A stretch of 41,063 nt of DNA from positions 1 through 41,063 of the IMG/VR virus record IMGVR_UViG_3300037483_000036; one strand, written 5' to 3'. This stretch comes from a virus (taxonomy: Duplodnaviria; Caudoviricetes). The notes beneath the pieces are model-generated. The model did no database searches. It worked only from the letters and a program-made list of their open reading frames with translations, and had not been told where the DNA came from. Shown one piece after another: positions 26,492-36,349 of the stretch (position 1 is its first letter; each line of letters begins with the position of its first letter). The position numbers and the translations under genes are program-made.

Positions 26492-27663
26492 GCGGGCATT
26501 CCATCATCCCGCCATCGTCGGCCAGCCGTCGCGTTCAGTGCCGTGCGTCTCGCGGTATGGAGGCGCGGCAGCCGGAACGCCCGGAGACCGAAGAGCAGCG
26601 TGAGGGGACGGCTGCACACGAACTGGGCGCGGCGATGATTACCGCACTCAGCACGGGCGCACCACTTCCCGCCGCTGTTGACGTGATCGGCTCGGTGGCG
26701 TCCAACGGCGTGCGGATTGATGAGGCGATGTACGATGCCGCGTTGATGTACGCCGACGAGGCGCACACCATCATGATGACGGCAGGCATATACGGCGGCC
26801 CCAACGTGCGCATCGAACAGCCCGTCGCCATCGTGCGCATCCACCCGGACTCATGGGGCACGCCCGACTTCTCGCTGTTCGACAGCAAGGCGGGTGTGTT
26901 GTATGTACGCGACTTCAAGTACGGCCATCGTGTCGTCGATGCGTGGGGCAACTGGCAGATGATCGAATACGTGTCCGGCCTGATGGATGCCTACGAGATC
27001 GACGGGCACATGGAGCAGCGCATCACCGTACGCATCGGTATCGTGCAGCCCCGCGCCCCGCATCGTGACGGTCCTGTGCGGTACTGGAACGTGCCGATGG
27101 TCGGCCTGCGTGGACACATCAACATCCTCGCAGCCGTTGAGCGTGAGAGCCTGTCCGACAACCCGACCGCCACCGTCGGGCCGGAATGTCTGGACTGTAA
27201 AGCTCGGCATGACTGTTCGCTGCTGCAGGAGGCCGGTTCAGCGGCTTGTGCGTACAGCGGCAGCACTGCGCCCGCACCGCTCACCGCCGAGCAGCTTGCC
27301 GTCGAATTGTCGCTGATCACCGACTGCGAGGTGATACTGAAGGCCCGCCGCTCGGGGCTTGAGGTTGAAGCCGAGACGCGCATCACGGTTGGCGAGATAG
27401 TGCCGGGCTGGTCGCTGGAACGCGGGGGGACGCGCGAGAAGTGGGCCGTACCGACTGCACAGGTCATCACCCTGGGCGACATGATGGGCGTCAACCTGCG
27501 CAAAGAAGAGCAGGTCATCACCCCGAAGCAAGCGATCAAGGCGGGTATCGTCGCCGAGGTCGTCCGTAACATGAGCGAGACCCCGTTGGGTGCGTTCAAA
27601 CTTATCCGCAGTGCAACCACGAAGGCCGCCAAGGTCTTCGGTAAACTTAAAGAAGGAGTATGA
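26488..27663 (+). CDS. PD-(D/E)XK Cas4-like exonuclease (DUF2800-like)
   Basis: HSIIPPSSASR..C, EGTAAH, WGTPDF, DFKYG, QMIEY, IVQPR, C..C.ARHDC. Confidence 0.87.
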   Translation: MSGHSIIPPSSASRRVQCRASRGMEARQPERPETEEQREGTAAHELGAAMITALSTGAPLPAAVDVIGSVASNGVRIDEAMYDAALMYADEAHTIMMTAGIYGGPNVRIEQPVAIVRIHPDSWGTPDFSLFDSKAGVLYVRDFKYGHRVVDAWGNWQMIEYVSGLMDAYEIDGHMEQRITVRIGIVQPRAPHRDGPVRYWNVPMVGLRGHINILAAVERESLSDNPTATVGPECLDCKARHDCSLLQEAGSAACAYSGSTAPAPLTAEQLAVELSLITDCEVILKARRSGLEVEAETRITVGEIVPGWSLERGGTREKWAVPTAQVITLGDMMGVNLRKEEQVITPKQAIKAGIVAEVVRNMSETPLGAFKLIRSATTKAAKVFGKLKEGV

Positions 27664-28535
27664 CAATGGCTTATTTTGATCAAGACCACGTAATTACCTG
27701 CCCTGGTATCATCCTGTGGGACGGTATCAGCACACCGAACATCGACGAGAAGGACGGCTCTTTAACTCACAGCCTCAAAATCGCCATCCCTGAGAACGCA
27801 CCCGAAAAGGTGGAACTCGAACAGATTGCTATGGCGGCCTTGCAAGCGCACCCCACATTCAAAGGCCAGTTTCCGGCGGGTGGTGAGTGGCCCTTGCGCC
27901 CCATCGACATGACGAAGTTCGGCGACTCGGCTCCAATGTTGTACGGGCGTATCGCCATCAACGGCAACACCCGCAACGGTGTCCCTAGTATCTACGACGT
28001 GAACGGCCAGCAACTCAGTGCGATGCAGTTCGGTCGTATGCTGTACCCAGGCGCTGTGGTGAAGTTGTTGTTGCACTGTTATTCGTTCAACAACAAGTCA
28101 AAGGGTCTAGCCTTCGGCCTCGACGGCGTGATGATCGTTGACGCTACAGCGCCGAAACTGGACGTGGGTGGCGGACTGTCGCAGTCTCAAGTCGCAGCGG
28201 CGTTCGGCGCGCGGCCTGGTGTGCCTCCGATGGGCGGTGTGCCCCCCGCTGCCGGAGGTGCGGCCCCCGCCCCTTTCGTCCAACCTGCGCCAAGTGCGGC
28301 CGCCCCTGGTATGCCTCCGATGATGGTGTCTGGCATCCCGGCGCCTGGTGCTGGCCCTGCACCGACATTCCCTTCTAGTCCGCACACTGCGTTCGTAGCG
28401 AATGCCGCCGCACCGGCCGCACCGATACCAGCTGCCCGGCAGATGACCGCGAAGGCTGGCGGCCATAGCTACGAGCAGCTGGTGGCTACTGGCTGGACAG
28501 ATGCGACCCTGCGCGAGCACGGTTATATGCTGTAA
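27660..28535 (+). CDS. Single-stranded DNA-binding protein (DUF2815 / Gp2.5-like)
   Basis: LYPGAVV...YSFNNKSKGLAFGLDGV; Pro/Ala linker; follows the nuclease; AAGGAG RBS. Confidence 0.78.
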   Translation: MTMAYFDQDHVITCPGIILWDGISTPNIDEKDGSLTHSLKIAIPENAPEKVELEQIAMAALQAHPTFKGQFPAGGEWPLRPIDMTKFGDSAPMLYGRIAINGNTRNGVPSIYDVNGQQLSAMQFGRMLYPGAVVKLLLHCYSFNNKSKGLAFGLDGVMIVDATAPKLDVGGGLSQSQVAAAFGARPGVPPMGGVPPAAGGAAPAPFVQPAPSAAAPGMPPMMVSGIPAPGAGPAPTFPSSPHTAFVANAAAPAAPIPAARQMTAKAGGHSYEQLVATGWTDATLREHGYML

Positions 28536-28585
28536 CAACTACGGGCCGCCATCGCTGACGGCCCCTTGATGGGGGAACCATTGAA

Positions 28586-29140
28586 ATGATCATCACCAAA
28601 GAACTACTAAAAGCTTCGATCCCGTGCTGCGGGGTGAAGGACGTTCGCTACTATCTCAACGGTGCGCTGTTCAGCTATCGCTCGGCGACGAAGCGGCTGG
28701 AAGTTATCAGCACGAACGGCCCCATGCTATCCCGCTTCATCGCCGATTACCCGGAAGAGACCGCGCCCGACTTCGACATCATCATCCCAATTGACACCCT
28801 GAAGGCTGCCGTCAAGGCGCTCGACAAGTCACCCGCCGTGGCACTGGAACGTATCGACGACAAGCGCTGGGCGCTCGACCTGCAACTGTTCAGCCCTATC
28901 GACGGTAAGTATCCAGACTGGCAGCGCGTCAATCCGGATCGCGGATGGTTCAAAGAAGACAGCCCCGCCGGACAGTTCAACCCTGACCTACAAGTCGATG
29001 CCCGCGCAGCCTTGCGGGCGTACTACGACGCAAAGGATACCGACTACAAGCTGCACCACCGTGGCCCGACCGACTCCGCACTGATGGCGAAAAGCCTGGC
29101 CGACGAGTGCTTTGTGGTCATCATGCCGATGCTGTTCTGA
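28586..29140 (+). CDS. DNA polymerase III beta-clamp-like protein (short)
   Basis: KDVRYYLNG, STNGPML (ATDGHRL-like), IDGKYPDWQRV, VIMPM. Confidence 0.8.
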   Translation: MIITKELLKASIPCCGVKDVRYYLNGALFSYRSATKRLEVISTNGPMLSRFIADYPEETAPDFDIIIPIDTLKAAVKALDKSPAVALERIDDKRWALDLQLFSPIDGKYPDWQRVNPDRGWFKEDSPAGQFNPDLQVDARAALRAYYDAKDTDYKLHHRGPTDSALMAKSLADECFVVIMPMLF

Positions 29141-29143
29141 CCC

Positions 29144-29218
29144 ATGATCCACAACTACATCACCGACGTTGAAACCTATCCCAACCTGTTCACCATTGCG
29201 ACGGTGTGTGCGGAATGA
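29144..29218 (+). pseudogene. 24-codon stub resembling the N-terminal ExoI region of a different DNA polymerase
   Basis: MIHNYITDVETYPNLFTIATVCAE*; DxETYPN motif; its TGA overlaps the polA ATG. Confidence 0.62.
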
Positions 29219-31311
29219 CTACCCTCTACCTGGACACGGAAACATTCTCCGCGCTGGACATCGCGGTCGGGACGTACCGATACGCGGAGAACGCGGACAT
29301 CTTGCTGATCACCTACGCCATCGACGACGGCCCGGTGTTCTGCTGGGATCATTCAACCGGCGAACCGCCGCCCGATGTGGCCGCGTACGTTGCGGCGACC
29401 GGTTGCACAGTGGTTGCGCACAATGCGATGTTCGACCGCAATGTGCTGCGCCTCGGGAACTTGAGGCAGGATATCCCGATACCGCACTGGCGCTGCACGA
29501 TGGTGCAGGCCATGTCGCACGCGTTGCCGGGCGCGCTGGATGAACTCGGGCGGGTGTTGGGGTTGCCCGCCGAAGCGCAGAAGCTGCAAGAAGGCCGCGC
29601 GCTGATACAACGGTTCTGCAAGCCAGCGCCGAAGAACCACAAGGCCGACCGTTACGACCGGCACAGCCACCCGCAGGAATGGGCGCGCTTCGTGGAGTAC
29701 GCCAAGCAGGATATCGTCGCCATGCGCGAGATACACCGCCGTCTTCCAGATTGGAACTGGCAACCCGAAGACATCGCGCACTGGCATCTCGACCAGCGTA
29801 TCAACGACCGGGGCTTCTGTGTTGATCGCGAACTCACATCGGCGGGTGCGCGAGCGGCCATCGAAGAGAAGACGCATATCGCTGTGCGATTCGCCCAACT
29901 GACCGGCGGCCTTGCGCCTACACAACGCGCAGCCGTGGCGCGGTTGCTAAACGACCGATACGGCTTGGGGCTGGACGGCACGGCGAAGCACATCATGGAG
30001 CCCCTCGCCGCAGATGAGACGATGCCCGCCGAAGTGCGCGAGATAGCCAGCCTTGTTTTGTCCGCCAACAAAACCAGCACGGCGAAGTATGCGGCGCTCG
30101 AACAGGCCAGCAGTGCCGACGGTCGATTCCGTGGCGGGTTACAGTTCGCAGGCGCGTCCCGTACACGCCGCTTCGCTGGGCGTGTGTTCCAGCCGCAGAA
30201 CCTGCCCAGTCGCGGGCTGCCGAAGTATCCGATGATCGACGCATACATCGCCGCGCTCAAGGCTGGATGCCACCGCGAAATGTTCGACGACTTGATGCTG
30301 TACGGCGCGGCGGCACTGCGCGGAGTAGTGATAGCGCCGCCCGGCAAGAAACTGGTGGTCGCCGACCTGTCGAACATCGAGGGCCGCATCCTCGCGTATC
30401 TGGCCGGGGAGGAATGGAAGCTGCAGGCGTTCCGCGATTACGACGCGGGGAAAGGCCCCGACCTCTACAACATCACCGCGACGGGCATCATCGGCGGCGA
30501 CCCGTACAACGTGCCGAAGGCCGACCGCAACGTGTTCGGCAAGGTGCCCGACCTGGCGCTCGGCTATGAAGGCGGCGCAGGCGCGCTGCAAACCTTCGCG
30601 AAGGCGTACCGCGTGGCGATGGCCGACCACTGGCCCACCATCGAGCGCAACGTCGATCCTCGGCTTGTCGCCAAAGCGGAGACGAACTACATCGAATGGG
30701 GCTACGCGAAGGCGGGCGAACTCGGCGTCGACAAAGCGGAATGGATCGCCAGCGAAGCGGTAAAGTTGGCATGGCGCGCACGCCATCCAGCCACCCGCAA
30801 CCTGTGGTATGCCTGCAAGGATGCCGCCGTTGACGCGATACGGCAGCCAGGCACCGCATACCAAGCTGGCCCGCACATGTGGGCGCAGGTGGTATTCCAC
30901 CACAGTGGGCGCTGGCTGCTGTTCAGCCTTCCGTCGGGTCGGTATCTCACCTACTACGACCCTGTGCTGACGGATTCCGAAGGCATCTCGTACATGGGCA
31001 TGGGAAGCGAAGACGGCGCGGGCGGCAGCCGCGTATGGTCTAGGCAGTACACCTATGGCGGCAAGATCGTCGAGAACGCATGCCAGGCCCTCGCAGGCGA
31101 CGTGCTCAAGTACTCCATGCCAACCATCGAAGTCAATGGGTATGAAACCGTGCTGACTGTTCACGACGAGATTATCGCCGAAGTACCGGACACGCCGAAT
31201 TATTCGGCAGACACGTTGGCCGCTTGCATGTCCACGCCGCCGACTTGGGCGACGGCTTTACCGCTCGCCGCTGCTGGCTTTGAAACTTACCGTTACAAGA
31301 AGGAGGACTGA
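29215..31311 (+). CDS. polA: Family A DNA polymerase with 3'-5' exonuclease
   Basis: LDTET (ExoI), AHNAMFD, YAKQD; motif A ADLSNIEGR, motif B GKVPDLALGY, motif C VHDEI. Confidence 0.93.
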   Translation: MTTLYLDTETFSALDIAVGTYRYAENADILLITYAIDDGPVFCWDHSTGEPPPDVAAYVAATGCTVVAHNAMFDRNVLRLGNLRQDIPIPHWRCTMVQAMSHALPGALDELGRVLGLPAEAQKLQEGRALIQRFCKPAPKNHKADRYDRHSHPQEWARFVEYAKQDIVAMREIHRRLPDWNWQPEDIAHWHLDQRINDRGFCVDRELTSAGARAAIEEKTHIAVRFAQLTGGLAPTQRAAVARLLNDRYGLGLDGTAKHIMEPLAADETMPAEVREIASLVLSANKTSTAKYAALEQASSADGRFRGGLQFAGASRTRRFAGRVFQPQNLPSRGLPKYPMIDAYIAALKAGCHREMFDDLMLYGAAALRGVVIAPPGKKLVVADLSNIEGRILAYLAGEEWKLQAFRDYDAGKGPDLYNITATGIIGGDPYNVPKADRNVFGKVPDLALGYEGGAGALQTFAKAYRVAMADHWPTIERNVDPRLVAKAETNYIEWGYAKAGELGVDKAEWIASEAVKLAWRARHPATRNLWYACKDAAVDAIRQPGTAYQAGPHMWAQVVFHHSGRWLLFSLPSGRYLTYYDPVLTDSEGISYMGMGSEDGAGGSRVWSRQYTYGGKIVENACQALAGDVLKYSMPTIEVNGYETVLTVHDEIIAEVPDTPNYSADTLAACMSTPPTWATALPLAAAGFETYRYKKED

Positions 31312-32114
<803 letters not shown>

Positions 32115-32117
32115 CAC

Positions 32118-32146
32118 TTGCGCCCGCAGCCCTTCGCTGTTAATCT
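32118..32146 (+). promoter_or_regulatory. Putative promoter for TetR-like/primase operon
   Basis: TTGCGC-17-TAATCT with extended TG. Confidence 0.5.
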
Positions 32147-32175
32147 TCACCTCGTTACTATCAGGTATTAACAAA

Positions 32176-32679
32176 ATGAATAAAGACGATATTCTCCAGA
32201 CGGCCATCACCCTCGCCCGCGAGATCGGGCTGGTCAATCTCTCACGCGGTGCACTGTGCGAACGGCTGAACATTCCCGAGGGATCGTTCCTGCACCACGC
32301 CGGGCAGACCTTCGCTGATCTGTTCGCCGCCGTGCGTGCGGTGGTGGGTGATGCGCAGATCGCACCCATCACCCGCAAGCGTGTCAATCCCGAACTGCGC
32401 GCCCGGTCGATTCTCGCCAGTGCGCTGGAAGTTGCCCGCACTCAGGGCTTCCAGACACTCACCCGAGCGCGTATCGCCGAACACGCGGGCATCTCGCCCG
32501 GTCTGGTGGCACGACATTGGAGCACCACCAAGCAGCTCAACCGCGCCATCATGCGCGCCGCTATTGAGGGCGAGGTGCTGGAGGTGATCGCCGAGGGACT
32601 GGCCGCAGGCAACGAACACGCGCGAAAAGCACCCGAAGAATTGAAGAGACGAGCCGCCGAATTGATGCTGACACGTTAA
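32176..32679 (+). CDS. TetR-like regulator with two tandem HTH domains
   Basis: ILQTAITLAREIGLVNLSRGALCERLNIPEGSFLHH and ILASALEVARTQGFQTLTRARIAEHAGISPGLVARHW. Confidence 0.78.
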   Translation: MNKDDILQTAITLAREIGLVNLSRGALCERLNIPEGSFLHHAGQTFADLFAAVRAVVGDAQIAPITRKRVNPELRARSILASALEVARTQGFQTLTRARIAEHAGISPGLVARHWSTTKQLNRAIMRAAIEGEVLEVIAEGLAAGNEHARKAPEELKRRAAELMLTR

Positions 32680-32689
32680 GGGGAGCATC

Positions 32690-35143
32690 ATGCAAGCGTT
32701 ACCGCCGGCACTCGCCGCATTGGGTCTCTATCCCCAATTTATTGTGTACAAGCTCGTCCCGCGCGATGGTAAGACCGCGAAACTGCCGGTTGACCATCGC
32801 ACTGGGCAGGTGATGCTGAAGGATGCGGACTGGCAGAACGACCCCGCCGCCTGGACGGATGCCGACACGGCCATCAGCACCGCCGCACGCCTCGGCCCAT
32901 CGCACGGTGTTGGGTTCCTGTTCCGCCCCGAAGATCCGTTCTTCTTCCTCGACATCGACAACTGCGCCGAGCCTGCGGGCTGGTCATGGTTGGCGCACGA
33001 CCTATGTGGCCGTCTCGCTGGTGCGGCCATCGAGGTGTCGCAATCCGGTAAGGGGCTGCACATCATCGGCATGGGCACCGTCCCGCCGCACCGCTGCAAG
33101 GACAAGACCAAGCTGGGTTTGGAGTTGTACACCGAGGGGCGGTTCGTCGCACTCACTGGTTTCAACGCCGTGGGCGAAGTGGCGACCGACTGCACGGCGG
33201 CCATCGGCGCCATCGTCGCGCAGCACTTCCAGTCGGATGCTGGCGCGGTTGCCGACGGCAAGCCCGCAACCTGGACCGACCGCCCGACCGCCGGATACAC
33301 CGGCCCCGCCAACGACGACGAGCTGCTGGCGAAGGCGATGCGCTCCGGCGACATGGCCGGTCAAGCGTTCGGCGCGCGGGCTACCTTCGCCGCACTGTGG
33401 AACGCCGACAGTGTGGTGCTGGGCCGCTCCTACCCCGACCAGTACAAGACCCCGCCCGGTCCCTACGATGCGTCAAGCGCCGACATGGCGCTGGCATCCC
33501 ATCTGGCTTTCTGGACAGGCCGCGATTGTGAGCGTATCGACCGCCTGATGCGCCGCAGCGCCCTCGCCCGCCCGAAGTGGGACAAGCACACGTCCTACAT
33601 GCAGACGACGATCCTGAACGCTGTGGGCGGCTGCCGAGAGGTGTACAGCATATCCCCCGAAAGTGTTACGCCACCTCCGCCCGAAAGTGTAGCCCCTGCC
33701 CCCGTCATCACCACGCCCACCGCACCCGGGACCGACAACGGCCCGATATTGGTCGACGGGTTTCAATACATGGCGCCAACCCAACAGTGCGACCATTTCG
33801 CGGGCTGTGTCTACGTCCAGGACGTTCACCGCGTCTTCACGCCGCGCGGCGCACTGCTCAAGCCTGATCAGTTTCGCGTGACCTATGGCGGTTATATCTT
33901 CGTGCTTGACGCCGCCAACGACAAGACAACGAAAAGCGCATGGGAAGCCTTCGCCGAGTCGCAGGCCGTCCGCTACCCCATTGCCGAGTCGCAGACCTTC
34001 CGGCCCGACCTGCAGCCCGGCGTGATCGTCGAGGAGGAAGGCCGCACAGTCGTCAACACCTATACGCCCGCCATCGTTGACCGCGCCGAGGGCGACGTGA
34101 CGCCGTTCCTGAACCATCTGCACAAGATGCTACCGGATCAGCGCGATGCGGACATTCTGCTGGCCTACATGGCGGCCTGCGTGCAACATATCGGCGTGAA
34201 GTTCCAATGGGCGCCACTGCTGCAAGGCGCGGAGGGTAACGGCAAGACGCTGTTCACCCGCTGCGTCGCACGGGCCATCGGCATGCAATACACCCACCTA
34301 CCCAAAGCCGATGAGGTGGGGAACAAATTCAACAGTTGGATGATGCGCAAGCTGTTTATCGGCATCGAGGATGTTTATTACCCGGCGGACCGCCGCGAGA
34401 TCATCGAAGCATTGAAGCCGCTCATCACCAACGACTACCTGCCTATCGAGTTCAAGGGTGTGGACCAGATCAACGCCCGCGTGTGCGCGAACTTCATGCT
34501 GAACACCAACCACAAGGACGCCATCCGCAAGACGCAGAACGACCGGCGCTTCGCCATCTTCTACACCGCCCAGCAGTCCGAGGCGGACATTCGCCGTGAC
34601 GGGATGGCGGGCGATTACTTCCCCGACCTGTACGACTGGCTGAAAACTGGCGGATACGCCAAGGTGTCGCACTTCCTCGCCACGTACCAAATCCCCGACG
34701 AACTCAACCCGGCCACCCGCTGCCATCGCGCACCGCAGACCAGCACCACCGCCCAGGCTATCCAGATGAGCGTCGGCGGCGTGGAGCAGGAGATCATGGA
34801 GGCCATCGACGAAGGACGGATGGGCTTCGCGGGCGGATGGGTGTCAAGTCTCGCAGTTGATAAGCTACTTGATGGTATGAAGCTATCCCGCGCCATCCCG
34901 CCAAACAAGCGACGGGAGATCATGCAAGGGCTAGGCTACGACTGGCACCCCGCCCTACGCAACGGACGGGTGAACAACCCGACGGCGGTAGATGGCGGCG
35001 GCAAGCCCAAGCTGTTCATCCGTGAGGGCCACGCCGACCGGGCTATTGAATCGCCCGCCGAAGCTGCGCGGGCCTACGAGTCGGCACAGGTGCGGGGCGC
35101 CGTGTCGCTGGCAGATCTGGCGTTCGGGGAGCGGAAGGCGTGA
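32690..35143 (+). CDS. Primase-polymerase (AEP, NrS-1-like) fused to helicase
   Basis: FLDIDNC, EVSQSGKGLH, ELY...RFVALTG; SSADMALASHLAFW helical bundle; Walker A GAEGNGKT. Confidence 0.88.
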   Translation: MQALPPALAALGLYPQFIVYKLVPRDGKTAKLPVDHRTGQVMLKDADWQNDPAAWTDADTAISTAARLGPSHGVGFLFRPEDPFFFLDIDNCAEPAGWSWLAHDLCGRLAGAAIEVSQSGKGLHIIGMGTVPPHRCKDKTKLGLELYTEGRFVALTGFNAVGEVATDCTAAIGAIVAQHFQSDAGAVADGKPATWTDRPTAGYTGPANDDELLAKAMRSGDMAGQAFGARATFAALWNADSVVLGRSYPDQYKTPPGPYDASSADMALASHLAFWTGRDCERIDRLMRRSALARPKWDKHTSYMQTTILNAVGGCREVYSISPESVTPPPPESVAPAPVITTPTAPGTDNGPILVDGFQYMAPTQQCDHFAGCVYVQDVHRVFTPRGALLKPDQFRVTYGGYIFVLDAANDKTTKSAWEAFAESQAVRYPIAESQTFRPDLQPGVIVEEEGRTVVNTYTPAIVDRAEGDVTPFLNHLHKMLPDQRDADILLAYMAACVQHIGVKFQWAPLLQGAEGNGKTLFTRCVARAIGMQYTHLPKADEVGNKFNSWMMRKLFIGIEDVYYPADRREIIEALKPLITNDYLPIEFKGVDQINARVCANFMLNTNHKDAIRKTQNDRRFAIFYTAQQSEADIRRDGMAGDYFPDLYDWLKTGGYAKVSHFLATYQIPDELNPATRCHRAPQTSTTAQAIQMSVGGVEQEIMEAIDEGRMGFAGGWVSSLAVDKLLDGMKLSRAIPPNKRREIMQGLGYDWHPALRNGRVNNPTAVDGGGKPKLFIREGHADRAIESPAEAARAYESAQVRGAVSLADLAFGERKA

Positions 35144-35216
35144 CAGCTTATTACAACGAGCACGACAAGTTCGCGGCGGAATGGCTGCGGTCGCGTTCAT
35201 CGAGGCGATAAAATAG
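35140..35216 (+). pseudogene. Internally deleted C5 DNA cytosine methyltransferase remnant
   Basis: GTG overlapping primase TGA gives MTAYYNEHDKFAAEWLR (typical phage C5-MTase start); a second frame immediately gives AAVAFIEAIK* (typical end). Confidence 0.72.
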
Positions 35217-35229
35217 TTGCTATCGGCTA

Positions 35230-35258
35230 TTGACAACCAAATCAATTACCGCTAGACT
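35230..35258 (+). promoter_or_regulatory. Sigma70-like promoter
   Basis: TTGACA-17-TAGACT upstream of a small-gene cluster. Confidence 0.72.
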
Positions 35259-35297
35259 GGCTGCACGGTTGAGGGAAGGGCCGGATAGATTAAGGGG

Positions 35298-35501
35298 ATG
35301 ATTATGCTGCAATTCAAGCGTGAAGGAAAAATTGTTGAGAGCGGGCTACTTCTTGCCCCTGACTTTGTTTGTGATGCGGCGAAGGAATATCCCAGCACGG
35401 TCAGCCTGCTTGGCGACAAAGTTGTGTGGCAAGGAACCGGGATAGGTGTTCTAGGTGATTTTGAAACCTGGGAGATTTCGACAGTGAGGGCACCGAAATG
35501 A
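35298..35501 (+). CDS. Hypothetical protein
   Basis: 67 aa after promoter, AAGGGG RBS. Confidence 0.55.
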   Translation: MIMLQFKREGKIVESGLLLAPDFVCDAAKEYPSTVSLLGDKVVWQGTGIGVLGDFETWEISTVRAPK

Positions 35502-35677
35502 CCACCGCCCACCAATGTCAAGCCCGCCAATACAGCGACCAGATGTGCTGCGGTAAGTGCGGCCTCGAATGGGATGTGAACGACCCCGAGCCACCCGCCT
35601 GCAAGCCCGAGGACACGAAGCCGAAGCGCACCACCAAACCACGCCACACTCACAAGGAGAGCAACCGTGTACGTTGA
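35498..35677 (+). CDS. Small Cys-rich protein (59 aa, not in ORF track)
   Basis: MTTAHQCQARQYSDQMCCGKCGLEWDVNDPEPPACK...; ATGA overlap upstream. Confidence 0.65.
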   Translation: MTTAHQCQARQYSDQMCCGKCGLEWDVNDPEPPACKPEDTKPKRTTKPRHTHKESNRVR

Positions 35678-36041
35678 TCCGTTTGATCCAGAAAATCAAG
35701 TTCGATTTTACCGCACCGACCCGACTGGACGCACCTCGCCTCTAATCGTCGAGCCAGAGCGCACGCGGTGGTTCGAGCGAGTCGTGATTGGCATTTGCCC
35801 GGTCGTATCCGCACTATCACTGTGCCTTGCATTCGTGGTTGGCTGGGGATGTGGGGGTTACGCAAGGGGGACAATCCAGGAGCAGTTCGTCGAGCTGTCC
35901 GGTCCGCAGCGCGTGGATTTCATCTACGCTATGTCCACACCGGAGATTCGCCGCGCGATTGCAGAGGACTGGTGTTCAATAAGCCACAAGACGCAGCGCG
36001 TGTGTCGCAATGCGCCGGTTTATGCGAGGAGTGAGAAATGA
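35667..36041 (+). CDS. Hypothetical membrane protein
   Basis: AAGGAG RBS, GTG start; one hydrophobic segment. Confidence 0.55.
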   Translation: MYVDPFDPENQVRFYRTDPTGRTSPLIVEPERTRWFERVVIGICPVVSALSLCLAFVVGWGCGGYARGTIQEQFVELSGPQRVDFIYAMSTPEIRRAIAEDWCSISHKTQRVCRNAPVYARSEK

Positions 36042-36313
36042 GCGATGCAACGAGAGAAGAGTTTGAGCTAGCCTGCCCGAAGACAGAACATCATGACGGC
36101 GGGTCTGTGGTCTACTACACAGATGATGAGTATGAGGAAGTGCTACCTAACGCACGAAGCTCTGCATTCCTTGTAGAGCTTCACGTTATCCCCCAAAGCG
36201 TTTACAGTGGCCTCGAACGTCTTGTCTCGTGGCTCGATAGGATCTGTGCACGTTGCCTTCGCCAACGAATTGTCCGGCTGACATTTCACGGCATAAGGGC
36301 AGCAGGCCGATAG
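36038..36313 (+). CDS. Hypothetical protein, 3' part antisense to the o-spanin (possibly truncated)
   Basis: GAGGAG RBS and ATGA overlap support the start; C-terminal half overlaps a better supported minus-strand gene. Confidence 0.35.
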   Translation: MSDATREEFELACPKTEHHDGGSVVYYTDDEYEEVLPNARSSAFLVELHVIPQSVYSGLERLVSWLDRICARCLRQRIVRLTFHGIRAAGR

Positions 36314-36349
36314 CATGAACGAAACTAGCAAGATTGATTTACTTAGCAT
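36143..36349 (-). CDS. Outer-membrane spanin (Rz1-like lipoprotein)
   Basis: Signal with lipobox LSAC; overlaps the end of the i-spanin. Confidence 0.78.
   Translation of the reverse strand: MLSKSILLVSFMLSACCPYAVKCQPDNSLAKATCTDPIEPRDKTFEATVNALGDNVKLYKECRASCVR

Noticed and set aside
25615-26844. Alternative-frame repeat proteins (CRATCPV, PDRSPDT, QVARHTG)
   Set aside because: Open only because the repeat unit lacks stops; only the 25664-26491 frame has coupled start and stop.
28543-28564. Intrinsic terminator after the SSB gene
   Set aside because: GC hairpin present but with a mismatch and no U-tract; at most a stability or pause element.
33656-33690. Short CCCGAAAGTGT duplication in the primase gene as an iteron
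   Set aside because: Only two copies, in frame within a Pro-rich linker (PESV twice).
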